A stretch of 64,000 bases of DNA, taken from NCBI GenBank assembly GCA_010093815.1, contig ML996573.1. One strand, written 5' to 3'. The translations under genes and the position numbers were made by a program. Shown here one piece after another: positions 13,325 to 25,325 of the stretch. The notes under the pieces were generated by a model that saw only the letters and a list, made by a program, of their open reading frames with translations, was not told where the DNA came from and made no database searches. The first letter of the stretch is position 1. Every line of letters begins with the position of its first letter. Source of the stretch: Pseudovirgaria hyperparasitica. Lineage: Eukaryota.

Positions 13325-14457
13325 CTAGGCAGTATATCTGTACCACGCCAACGCAAGTCCAAGCTGCTCGGGGTCGTTGGTGGCAAGCAGGTCGAGTAGC
13401 CCCCGCCTGTCCAAATCCTCGCATATCGCCTTATTTCTCAGAAATGCCCCGGTCGGAGCAGGGCCGCAACAAGGCATGTCCCGGCCGGGTTCGACAATCT
13501 GCTGTTGGGCGCCATTTACCATTTCCTGGGCGATGATTGCGTCGGATTTGTTGCAACCCAGCAGCAGCAGTGCTGTTGTGGCAGTTGCCAAGTCCGCGAT
13601 TGTGGGATATTGGTTGTGCCAGCATCTGTCGATGATGGCGTCGATGGACGGATCGTCACCGGCCAGGTCAGGGAGCTGCATGTGCTGCAGTAGATCGACT
13701 ATCCTCGGTCCGCGCTCCCGATGGTCGTCGGTCAGCGTCTGATCCCCATAGACCTCGAAGCCGTAATTAATCAGATAGTATATCGAACCGAGGGCGAATT
13801 GCTCCGTTCGCGGGCCGAGACAGCCGGAAGTTCCGCATGCTCCATGTTCGGCCTCGCTGCTGTTGAGTATCCTGCCGTATGGTGGCGTGCAAGCCTCGAA
13901 GTCTGCTCCGATTTCTGCCGTGCAATCAAAGTCGGAGAGCTTCAGCCGGTCGCGATCAAGGAGGATGTTCTCCGGTCGAAGATCGCCGTGCGCGAGATGG
14001 AGCGATTCAAGGAATGCAACGGCCTGGGTGAGATCTTGCATCCACTGCTTTCGAAGGCTCAGGGGCTCTAGCTTCTTGACGCCTGTTACCACCACATTTC
14101 GATGGTCCCAGATCTGGCTATATTGTAGTCTGGAGTGTAGGGAAATATCTGGTGAGGTACTACTAGTCAGTAAAAGCCCCACCACCATGGATTTAAATAT
14201 GTTGCGGAAGGGGCCGCACCCCGCATGTATTCGAGGAATATGCCGTTATCCGCCCTGTGGAAACATTGTACCACCGAAGCACACGGAGCGGAACGGGAGA
14301 AGAGATCATATATTCCGAGCTCTTTTCTAAACTGCTCTCTCTCAAAATCTCCTGATTTGGGGACCTTGACCACAATCTGAGGATGAACCTCGTACACATA
14401 GGAGATGGCGCCTTTCCAGATCCAGTGTACGTCTGGGAACTTGTCTTGGAGGCCCAT
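13325..14457 (-). CDS. Stand-alone protein kinase-like protein (accessory fungal family)
   Basis: Intron 14149-14219 (GTGCGG..CTGAC..CAG) joins IVVKVPK..FRKE..FLEYMR to DISLHSR..HGDLRPENILL..SDFD; catalytic K/E/D/N/D residues present. Confidence 0.85.
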
Positions 14458-14865
14458 TTCCGGGACAGGCTCTTATGTGAAGCAGGTATGGTTGGTAGTG
14501 TTTGGATTGTAGAGGTAGAGTAATGGTAATATGTAAGTTGGGAAGAGGCCGCGTATATCAGGGCAGGTCCATCGGGGCTTAACAGATGCCTGCATTAGGC
14601 TACAAAGATACCGTCACGTGCATCTAGCATATGGTGGTGTGTAACGTTGACTACTATATACACTAGCCTCGAATGTCCTTGGACAGGTCACTGGTGCTCC
14701 GTAGTGAAGGCGGTACAGATCTATTGGGTAATTAATTAATTAGGGGCCGTTAGAGTCAAGTCAGGCCTTGTGAGGCGCTCGGGTTCGAAAAGGATGTTTA
14801 AGGTACGGCTAGCACGTTTTGGTCAAGCAGACTTCAGCCACATCTAAATGAAGAGATGTTCTACT

Positions 14866-15675
14866 TCAACGTTCGGTACACTTCGCCTTCTCCACCTTCA
14901 TCCACGCCATTATCTTATCTAGTGCCGAAAGATCATGCTCTTTCCTAGATATATCAAAGTCATCATCTATCCAGCCGGGTGTCCCAGCTGATAGAAGGGA
15001 TCCACCAAATTCTTTGCACGATCCCCAATCGATGAGGATTGGATCATCATTACTGTCGAGTGCAATGTTGGAAGGATTGAGGTCATTGTGAGCGAGGCCA
15101 AGGGCATGGATATGCTTGATAGCATCTTGACATTTGCGTTCAAATCGATCAAGATCGAGTCCCGACGCGTCGTCGTGGAATCGATGATCCAGGATCTTTT
15201 GGTATCGGGTAAGAGCGATGCCAGTTATGTATCCCCTTTTGACCACGCAGCCGTGGTAAGGCACAATATTAGGATGCGGATGTTGAGCCAGGAATTCCAA
15301 CACCTGAACCTCTTCCCGAAACATCTGCGGAACGATGCTTCCACCAAATTCCCTTAGCAAACAATGTATCTGTGGACGCTTCAGGAACAGCTTGGTGATA
15401 TCAGCATGTTGGGGTAGTAGAGTGACACCTTGGTCCATCTTAGGGAACGCATCGTGATCAGGAACTTCTCGCAGATTCTTCCGAAGGTCTGCGTCGGTCA
15501 GATCGAATTTCCGTATTTCCAAGGCCTCGCCGGCCCATGCTCGCTCATTGGTATCAATATAGGTGAAGAGCGTACGTTTAAACAAACCGCTATCAACCGC
15601 AAACGCTTCGAATAGATTGACTTTACGCTTCGTCAAGGTCTTGCGTGGATCTTCGGGGGCATCTGCGGACATCAT
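14866..15675 (-). CDS. Small stand-alone protein kinase-like protein (different accessory family)
   Basis: Intronless; FLKRP, EEVQVLEFL, HPHPNIVPYHGC, HNDLNPSNI, IDWGSC, GTPGW; first ATG at 15675. Confidence 0.85.
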   Translation of the reverse strand: MMSADAPEDPRKTLTKRKVNLFEAFAVDSGLFKRTLFTYIDTNERAWAGEALEIRKFDLTDADLRKNLREVPDHDAFPKMDQGVTLLPQHADITKLFLKRPQIHCLLREFGGSIVPQMFREEVQVLEFLAQHPHPNIVPYHGCVVKRGYITGIALTRYQKILDHRFHDDASGLDLDRFERKCQDAIKHIHALGLAHNDLNPSNIALDSNDDPILIDWGSCKEFGGSLLSAGTPGWIDDDFDISRKEHDLSALDKIMAWMKVEKAKCTER

Positions 15676-15922
15676 AGCTACATTACACCTCTGAGATAAA
15701 TATGGCAATCATAGCACACATATCGAGTTGCTAAGTGAACTGTTCCGAGAATTAGCCGATCTGATCCATCCTATCCCGGCCTAGTTTATCAACACCAAAG
15801 CAATCCTACTACACTAATTCACGGCTCGTCATGACTCTTTCATCATTATCTATATTCAGACTTACACGTTTCTCTCCGCACATTTACAATCGTCACTCCG
15901 ATCTTCCTCCGCTCTCGAGGCC

Positions 15923-17491
15923 ATGAATTGTGCAGACACATGGCTGGCCAACGTCTGCGCTGCTAGGGGTGACATAGAGCCGCCGCCCAACCCCACAATC
16001 CCTGCTGAGTATCTGCGAAGACCACGCAGACAGCCTGCATCTGCTACCTACCTTATCTCCTCGCCCTCCTTCACGCACTCATCACTCGCTCCACGGAAAC
16101 GAGTACTCGCCGCGCTCTTCGAAATCGATTATGCGAACCAAAAGCGACGACGAGCGCTCAGCGTGCCAGGGCGCAAAATGTCACGGAGCTCACAGTCGCC
16201 AACAAGAAAGTCGAGCAGGCAGGCCTGTATAGCACGCGAGGCACGGACTTCAAATACAGAGGCTCTATCAATGGAGCATGATATCCTTGCGATGCAGCGT
16301 GTCGTGGTTCCCAATGCGACACCGCGGCGGACTCTTCGGAAGCGCGCAGTACCTCCATCGCTGTCAGCCTTGGACTTACATACAAGACCGGGACCGGTCT
16401 TGACACCTAGTACATCAAAGGATCAAGAGCATGAGAATGCTGAAAACGTTGAGGCTCAATCAGCCTATGAATCAACCACTTCCAAACGATCGCCTAGTCC
16501 AACTCGACGCATGGTTGATCTTCAAATCGCTAAGAAGCCTGTAATCCCCAGATCAGCAACATCCAGCACAGACGTTCCACATGACGTGAGAGGACTCTAT
16601 AAGACAATTCAAGCGCTGGCTCGGCGGTCGAAAGGCGTCATTCCACTGGGTATCGAGGCACGATTACTGGATACATTTTCCGGGGTCTTTTAGCTAATAA
16701 TCTACCAGTCTGAAATAGAACAGGATACTTGCGGTGACCTTGACGACCTAGAGGATTACGTTGCAAATACAGCAAGTGAAAAAACCTACGAACAATTAAA
16801 GGACGAATTCAAAGCCATGCGAGAGATTCGGAACGAGACTTCAGCGTGCAAATTGAAGCATCTACACGAGCCGAGCTGGAACGAACTTGTGCATGGCCCG
16901 ATGCTGAAGCAAGCCGCCCTTGGCCATGCTGGCTTTTCGTGTTACAATATCACCACCGCGCGAGTAATCAAAGAGCTTGTGCCAGGTAACGAATATGGGG
17001 AGCTTCTGAGAGGTAAGATGATCGACTATGCTGTCACCCTCGGCCCTCCGCTTGTTTCAATGGCACATGTCATCAGTCGCCTCGCTGCTTCTTCGCCGAA
17101 GCTCAAGCGCACCATTAACCCGTCTGATTACTCACCTCTCTGCTATGAACCTGTCGTTCTTAGCATTGAAACAAAGTCCCCCGGTGGCGGTAATGAGGAC
17201 GGCGAAGTCCACCTTTCCCTCTGGGCAATGGCCTACTTCAACCGCCTGCGGCAGCTCATACAGGATCCTGTGGCTATAACGCTCCCTCTCTTGTTGGTCA
17301 CCGACGCCCGCTGGAAGTTGTATTTTGCTAGTGATTTGAGGGACGAGATTCGTCTCATTGATGCTGTAGATATTGGCACTACAGCTGATATCATTGGGTG
17401 TTATACCATCTTAGAGGTACTGAGAGTTATTTTCAGGTGGGTCGAGGAGACATTTGCACCCTGGTTTTCGAATGGCTTAGAGCCTGAATGA
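15923..17491 (+). CDS. PD-(D/E)XK nuclease-like protein (fungal family)
   Basis: Two same-frame ORFs joined by a probable 51-nt intron 16658-16708; disordered S/R-rich N-terminus, then E..WN..VH, KMIDYA, IN.SDY.PL...P..LSIETK and W.LYFA motifs. Confidence 0.8.
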
Positions 17492-17629
17492 ATAATGTCT
17501 TACTGCAGCATAGCATATGGAGTTGGGATATGAATTTTGTTCACTTCTGCATTCAGCGAACAATTAGGAACATGGTAAGTTCAGCTAGCGATTGTGATCG
17601 CTTCGAATCTCATGATCGTTGGTCGGGAA

Positions 17630-18110
17630 GTATCTAGTAATAGAAAAAGTCTTTAAAGGTAATTCTAGATAAGAATATCGTTTGATAGATGAAGAATACC
17701 GCCCAAAGGTAGAAGAAAGGAAGGTCTACTATATTTTATTATAACTATATAATTAGAGAGAGCTTAGAATAGTATTTAATTTAAGTTCTAATTACTTTTA
17801 AATCTCTACTCTATATTACTTATTATCTTTTTAGTATTTAGTAAAAGCTTATAATCTAATTTGATAAAGATATAGTTTAGAATAATAAGATACTTAGAGT
17901 AATAAAGATATTTTAGATAAAGATATTACTTTAGAGAAGAAGCTTCTATTAGTATAGATAGAGTAAATAGAATAGATAGAGTAGATAAGTATTATCTCTA
18001 TTACATAGATCTTATTTAATACTAGGCCTATATATATAAGTAGTAGTTAGACTAGTTAGATATATTAATCAACTTTATCATATCAAATTTACCGAAGTTC
18101 CTTCTTATTA
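17630..18110. mobile_element. Short RIP-degraded AT-rich repeat remnant
   Basis: Abrupt very AT-rich island, TpA-rich and almost free of CpA/TpG, no ORF; family not identifiable. Confidence 0.55.
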
Positions 18111-19190
18111 GATATGTCGGGCGCCTTTGGACAGTGTAAACCATGAAAGACTAACACTACCTTGCCATACATCCCATTCATATATCACTCGTGCATCGCA
18201 TCGGTCCAGCACTCATTAAGCCCACTCATCTCTAGCCTCTGTAACAAGTATGTATAATCCATGTAACAACGCGTCGCAGACCGTCACACTCCTCTTCCTT
18301 CTCCGTGCGTGCCAATTTTTTTTTATAGCGATGATCGCTTCCCTTGCTTCCTTCATCTATAAATTCTCTTTCCTTCCAACGCCGCCGCACGCCACACGCC
18401 GCACGCCACCTCCCTTGCATCTACCTCCCACCCGCACCTTACTACTACTACCTACCTACCTACATGGATAACCCCTCCCACCAGAACTTATAATAAGTCT
18501 TATTCCAGACACACACTACGCGGGTAGTACTGCATGTATGTATCGCCGCACGGGCACGGGCGTCTGTGTCGCCGCAGCGCTATTTTCAGATCTGGAATGG
18601 ACAGGCATATACCCAGCGGGGTTTGCTGCGTAAGGTGGGTGGGTAGATACTGGAATGCGGCTTTGTGCTGGAGTTAGTGTATGGTTGTACCCGGGGGAGG
18701 AGGAGGAGGAGGCTGTGGTAGGGTGGCGCTTGGAGGGTGTGTGCTTGGATTATTGTGGTGGTATGTGTGTGAGTGTGGATGTGAGTGTGAGTGTTTCCGC
18801 GGATTGGATGGCGAGGACTTAGGCGCGGTGGTGGAGGAGAAATGAGGCTGTGGTGGGTGTATGATCTGGACTGCTGGGATGGTGCGAGTTCGGATATAGA
18901 CGTTTTGGGTACTGGAATGGGCTGTTCAGCTGGGGTTGTTTTGGTTTTGAAGGGGTATGGGGTGGGATATATAAAGGGGTAAGAGGGTGCGCTTGTTTGT
19001 GGATGGACACAATTACAGACGCATACGCATACGAAGACGCATACGCGGACACATACGCATATCAATATATAAAACGCTCGATCGGACTCTCTGAAGACGC
19101 CATCTATCGTCCTTCGATACTCAATCAACACTGAATCAACATCAACACCAAACCAACACCAAACCAACATCAACCCACCACCAACCCAAA

Positions 19191-19697
19191 ATGCACTCCC
19201 TCCTCCCCACAACCCTCCTCACCCTCCTCCTCCCCCTCTCCCACGCCACCACCCTCTCCATCCAAAACAACTGCCCCCACAAAATCGCCCTCCGCCCCGA
19301 CTCCCCCGCCTCCCAATCCTCCCCCGCCGACCCCATCCCCATCGAGACCAATGCCAACACCACCCTCACCCTCGACGACGCCCACCCCGGCAACGTCATC
19401 AAATTCACCAGCTCCACCTCCGACCCCAACAACTTCAACTTCAACCACCCCATCAACTTCGACTACACCGTCGCCGAAGGCATCATCTACTACGACGTCA
19501 GCGACGTGGCCACGAACACGCAGTTTCCGCAGTTCAGGCTCGCGGCGGCGGATAAGTGGCCCGGTCGGCCGGGGTCGTGTCCCGGGGTCGTGTGTCCGGA
19601 TCCGTGTAATGGGGCGGCTGGGTGTTCGGAGTCGGTGTGTAGGGCGGTGAAGGCGTGTGAGGTGGAGGGGATGGAGTTGGAGATTACTGCTTGTTAG
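19191..19697 (+). CDS. Small secreted cysteine-rich protein, BYS1/thaumatin-like
   Basis: 168 aa, signal peptide, N-terminal NNC, YYDVSDV motif, 8 Cys, ends in Cys. Confidence 0.75.
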   Translation: MHSLLPTTLLTLLLPLSHATTLSIQNNCPHKIALRPDSPASQSSPADPIPIETNANTTLTLDDAHPGNVIKFTSSTSDPNNFNFNHPINFDYTVAEGIIYYDVSDVATNTQFPQFRLAAADKWPGRPGSCPGVVCPDPCNGAAGCSESVCRAVKACEVEGMELEITAC

Positions 19698-21442
19698 GGG
19701 GTTTGAATGGGGATTGGGGGGAGGGGTAAAAGGGGGGGGGGGTTGTTTGGCGATTATGACGATTGTGCTTTTGGAACTGGATGGCACGCTCGTTTTACTT
19801 TGCATGGTCGTGTTTCTGGTGGTGCTGTTTGCGATGGGGGTTTGTCTTATGCATATCTTCTTGTCTTTGGGGCATAGGTAGTTGGTCAATCTAGTTGTGC
19901 TTTGATTGCGTTACGTCAGCTTGCTTGGTATCTGAGAAATCGAGTATTCGTCAGAGCGAGAATAGGACAGCTAAACATAACAGACATGGAGTAACACGCT
20001 TGGCTCAAGATGCATGATCTGGTTTATCTAACACTCAGAGTGCGTCAGCGCTAGGAACGCGAGAGGAAAATAGATAAACACACGTGAAAGGAGCCGCAGA
20101 ATGCTTGACATGCAGCAGTGCGTCCAAGAACTAGGATATTCCAGAATTCTGCTCACTATGATATATATATATATATGATGAAATCAAGAGTCTGACAACT
20201 TTCAACAGGTCATAACGCTCGATAAGTCACATAAGAGCAAAACAAGCACCAAATTCTAAAGCCCAGAGTGCGCTATCGGGGAACTTGATGATAGCCATAC
20301 AAGAGATCCATATTTGCGGTACCATCATTTTCATGAAGTATATAAGTCGTCGAGCTTAAGCCACGTCTGGGTATTATAATACAGCGTGTAACGACAAAGA
20401 CGAGAAAAACGAATCAAGATTCGAATACAGACGTATGAAGCATCAGTGAGGTAGTTCCATAGTCAATAACGACCATATTGATAGTATATAGCCAGAGTTG
20501 ACGAAGGCGCACTCTACTAGATGCGCCTTTGCGAAAAACATAACTCGTCTCTTCAGCGAAGCCAATTTGTGCAGACTGTGTTGAGCCTCGCTATATACCT
20601 GTCATGTATATCGTGGGATCAGTGGCGGATTTGCTTGATGGTGCTTTGATTAGCAGGCTTGAACTTGCAAGGTGCGGAGCTCTGTGTGAATCTCGAGCAT
20701 CGGCAGTCGTTATTACAATGATTTAATTAGTATATAAATTCACCTACATCCCCCTTGCATGCCATCAAGAAAGCATGCTTGCCGTTGTGGGACTAGGACG
20801 ACATCCTATAAATTCCATGTATGCCCATTTAATGAAAGCCAGCGTCGTTGACGTCACTCATTACAGTCCTACCACCCAACACAGAGACCATCACCAAAAC
20901 CAGGCAGAACACGACCAAGCCCCTGTTTCCCAAAACACACTTGGCACGAACTAGTAGGATCGCGTTTCCTCCACGCCCATTGGCGGAACATTTGCGACCG
21001 GATCTGGGGAACCCGCGCATCTCACGCGCCTCCGCAAATAACGCCCACACGCCCGCATGCAGGGCGCATCGGGAGATACACCAATAAGACCGCACCAGCG
21101 CTTCCGATCCCTAGCCTCCATTACCAAGATTTGACGGCCATGATCTTCGTGTGCGGAGTGTCCTATAGCACGCACCCCCCAGGCTCCGTCACCGATTGCT
21201 TGTGTGGGCATGCGAGCTCTGCAAATTAATGGTGAGCGCCGTTAGCGATTTGGAATGGGGGGGGAGGGATCCAGGCATCGGCTATGCAGTGTTGGCGATG
21301 GAATAATATGTGCGTAAGGCAGGCAGGCAGGCAGGGGGCTTTACTACAGGGGCGGAGGGATATAAATTCGGGTTGGTACCTTGTGGGTCGACGGAGCGTT
21401 GTTCGAAGGGAATCAGCCAAGTTTCGTCGTGATACCGCTACT

Positions 21443-22901
21443 ATGAAGCTTCTTAGTCTTCTGTCCGTTGGGATCTCTGCTGCGTATGCGCTCTCAATCA
21501 GCTCGGCGACGCCTGCGGGGGCCTCAATTGAGTATCCGCGCACCACGGTCGAGAACCGCAACAACGGCCATGGCAAGGACAAGGACAAGGACAAGGACAA
21601 GTGGGGGAACCACAAGGAGCACCGGAGACGGGTGGTGAAGATACGAGCGTCCAAGAGCGACAGCGACGACATCTCCTCGGACTTCCTCTGGGCCATCAAG
21701 AAGGCCAACCACGGCGGGCTGCTGCACCTCGAGAAGGGCAAAACATATGTGATTGGCAAGAAGCTCGACCTGAGCTTCCTCAACGACGTGTACGTCAAGC
21801 TCGACGGCGAGATTAAGGTAGGACTTGACTGTTGCGCACCAACGTGACCGTGATACCAGGACTAACTGCTGCAGTTCACCGACGACCTCGACTACTGGCA
21901 GGCCAACAACTTCTACTATCCGTTCCAGAAGTCCATCACGTTCTGGGTGTGGGGCGGGCGGGACATCCGCATCTACGGCACCGGCACGATCAATGGCAAC
22001 GGCCAGAAGTGGTACGATGGGTTTGCCGGGCAGGAGATCCTGGACCCGGGCAACACGTTCTATCGCCCGATCCTCTTCTTGACAGACAATGCGACGAACG
22101 TGGATGTCGAGGGCATCAAGTTCCTCAACTCGCCCTGCTGGACGACATTCCTGGTGCGCACAAAGGACGTCACGTTTGACAGAGTCCGGATAGATGCGTT
22201 CAGCACTAATATCTCAGTCAGTATACCTTCCCATACTTACCCCGTCTCAGACTGACCAAGCATAGGCTCTGCCCAAGAACACGGATGGCTTCGACTCCTA
22301 CAACGTAGACGGCTTCAACGTCTTCAACACAGAAGTCAACGTCGGCGACGACTGCTTCTCGCCCAAGCCAAACACAACCAACATCCACGTGGAGAACCTG
22401 TGGTGCAACGGCACGCACGGCGTATCCATGGGCTCCATCGGCCAATACCCCGGCGTCAAGGACTACATCTCCAACGCATACATCAAGAACGTCACCCTGC
22501 TCAACGGCCAGAACGGGGCGCGGCTGAAGGCCTGGGCCGGGCCAAACGTCGGCTACGGCTACATCTCAAACGTCACGTACGAGGACGTCCACATCGAGAA
22601 CACGGACAATCCCATCGTGCTGGACCAGTGCTACTTCAACATCAACGAGACCGTCTGCGCGGCCAGTCCGAGCAGGGTCAACATTACGGATGTCAGGTTC
22701 ATAAACGTGTATGGCAGCTCGTCGGGCAAGGAGGGCAAGGTGGTCGCGGAGCTGAAGTGTAGTCCTGGTGCCGAGTGCACGGGGATCCATCTGGAGAAGA
22801 TCAACATCACGAGCCCGGTAGGGAGTCCCTCGGAGATTGTATGTGATAACATAACGGGAGATATTGGCGTGGACTGCATTCCGAGCAGTGAGGCATCCTG
22901 A
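21443..22901 (+). CDS. GH28 exo-polygalacturonase (pgxB-like), secreted
   Basis: Signal peptide; introns 21818-21874 and 22217-22265; NTDG, GDDC, GTHG and RLK GH28 motifs. Confidence 0.92.
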
Positions 22902-25325
22902 GAGGTCTTCTGAGAGCCGCGCGGGATAGAATGGAATCTCGCATTTGCTTAGTGTGTTGTAGTTCTAATACGTACGACTGGACACTGATTGAGCTGTTGT
23001 GTTGTTCTCTCGTCAGAGCTTGTCATGAGTCTGGCATGCATGAGATGACAGTCGGTACTCAGGACTGGGACTTTGATGGTAAAAAGCGTGTCACGTGCAC
23101 CACAAGTCGTGTAGCCTGAGGCATTCATCCATCGCGTGCCCCGTTCCCACAGTTACCAGCGCCGCCATCCATTACCCCTATATGAATACGAACCGCAAAT
23201 ACATTCCCCGTCCGCAGCTTTGGCATCCCCTTCCTATCGGCATCGCCATGCATTCACATTGCCGATATACACAGCCAGAATATCCACAAGCATCTTGGCC
23301 CTTTTAGGCGATCCGCGGGGTACCACAGAAACGCTACATAGCCTCATCGGCAATCTCATTCAGACACATAGGAGACCCACAACATATGCTTGCGTCTTTA
23401 TCGCTAGACAGACCAGCGTGTCTAGCTCAATCTACCTCGTGAGTTGAGAGCCAGACCAGAGACCGGATACTCCCCCTAGGCACCTAGGCAGGGGAACAAA
23501 CCGCGTGGTACTGACGACGGTTAAGCTTAAGCACCTGAACCAATCTCGAGTCATTGACGGGAAGGCGATGGCGTTTCTGGCAAACAAGACACACGCACGT
23601 CGAAAAATTCCAATAATGAATTGCCGATCTGAATTTTTCTCAAGGGCCGATCATGTCCGCATATACGCTCCCAGAAGGGTGTCACGCCAGGACCGATCGA
23701 GCGGGCGGTGAACGTCAATGTGTCCGTTGTGATTGGTCGATGTGACATCCGCTAAGGATCGGGGGACCTCAGGTACCGGCGTCTCGGGCGTCGGATTAAG
23801 GTGCACAACTGACAGCGGCACTTATTCTGCCACTTCTACCGGCCGTTCGGGCCCCCCGCCTGGCACTGGCCAGTCCGGATTAGGCTAGAGTGATCCATAC
23901 TTCCAGCACACACGACAAATCTACATTCCCACAACGAGTAAATCAAGATTGTGGGACGTGGAGGAATAAGGGTAAAAAACATAAAAATAAAATTGTTTCT
24001 GTACACGTCGTCGTCGTTCTCCGAGGTAAGGGTCTGTCCCGGCCGTAAGTCGGCGTGTTGTTGTGTGAGAGTGCTTGTTCCATGTATAAAGTTTCTGGCC
24101 CAGTACTGTTTGGAGCTAGTGCGAGTGGTCTGGTTCTATAAGGGCGTTTGTTATAGGAGGAGCGCGCTATTGACCACGATACCTTGATCCTAGGCGCTGG
24201 CACTGGCACTGGCATCAGGTCATGCTAAGTGAGTGATGAGAGCAGCACCTCCTCACCAGCAGAGAGTGATGTGTAATGAACGATAAACAAAACAACACGG
24301 GACGGCAGAAAAGTGCAATGTGAAGCCCCCCAAAAAACAAAAAAAATAAATGCCATCACGATATCATACATACCGATCAATTTGTCAGATCGCGCATCAT
24401 CCCACGCATACGGGTGGTGGTGGCACGGTCCACAAGCGTGCCTATTTTCGAAATATCTGACAGATCTGATCATCCCATGGCTGTGGAATGCAGTGCAGAT
24501 TCCCCCCGAATATTCCATCATGCCACCAACCGACCGACGTTCCTGATCTGAAACTTTTCTTTTCGCAAAACTCAATTGAGAATAATCACATAGCGTGCGC
24601 GAATGTCACTGTGACCTACAGCCCGCCCGCCGCCCCCGAGTCATGGAAGATGTCACCTGTGTGTCAAACGCCAGCCCGCCGCCGCCGCGGGACCCAGATC
24701 TGGGTTAGGATGTGCAGATCGGGGGAGGGGACCCACCCGGCATGATGGATGGGAAAGGAAAGCCTCTACCGCGTGTCGGGTATCGCCATCGCCATCGCCA
24801 TTGCCGCCAGCCTCACTATTACCATACTCCAGATTACTCTACAACGCTCTCTATCCAAACCGTGGTTCTGAACTATATCAGGGGGATTTTATAGCATCAT
24901 CGGCCCAGGAATGCAAGCGCTGGGATATATGGGGGAAGGGATTGCGGGTTTGGACTGATCGGCAACTACCGATTCATGCCAAGTGCAGCATCATGCGAAC
25001 CAGGGAATGAGCTAGGCAGACTAGCTTTCTTGGCCGGCGACATGTCAGGTACGCGCGAACTGAATGGATGTCTAGTGGCATCTGTTAGTCGATCTATGGA
25101 GTGTGGGGCATTGCCCATGCCCATGCTAGTCGAGGACTCGAGGAGGTTACCCTTGTACATTGCCGGCTATACAACCAATACAAACCGCTTTGTCCGACCT
25201 ATTCCGGCAGTGTATAAGATTCGCCTTGCCCCTCTCACGCCATGCATCGTGACAGCAAGCGAGCAATATCATCTATTTTCTTCTCACATCATCATCATCA
25301 TCTTCTCTGAACAGGGTCTGCCACA

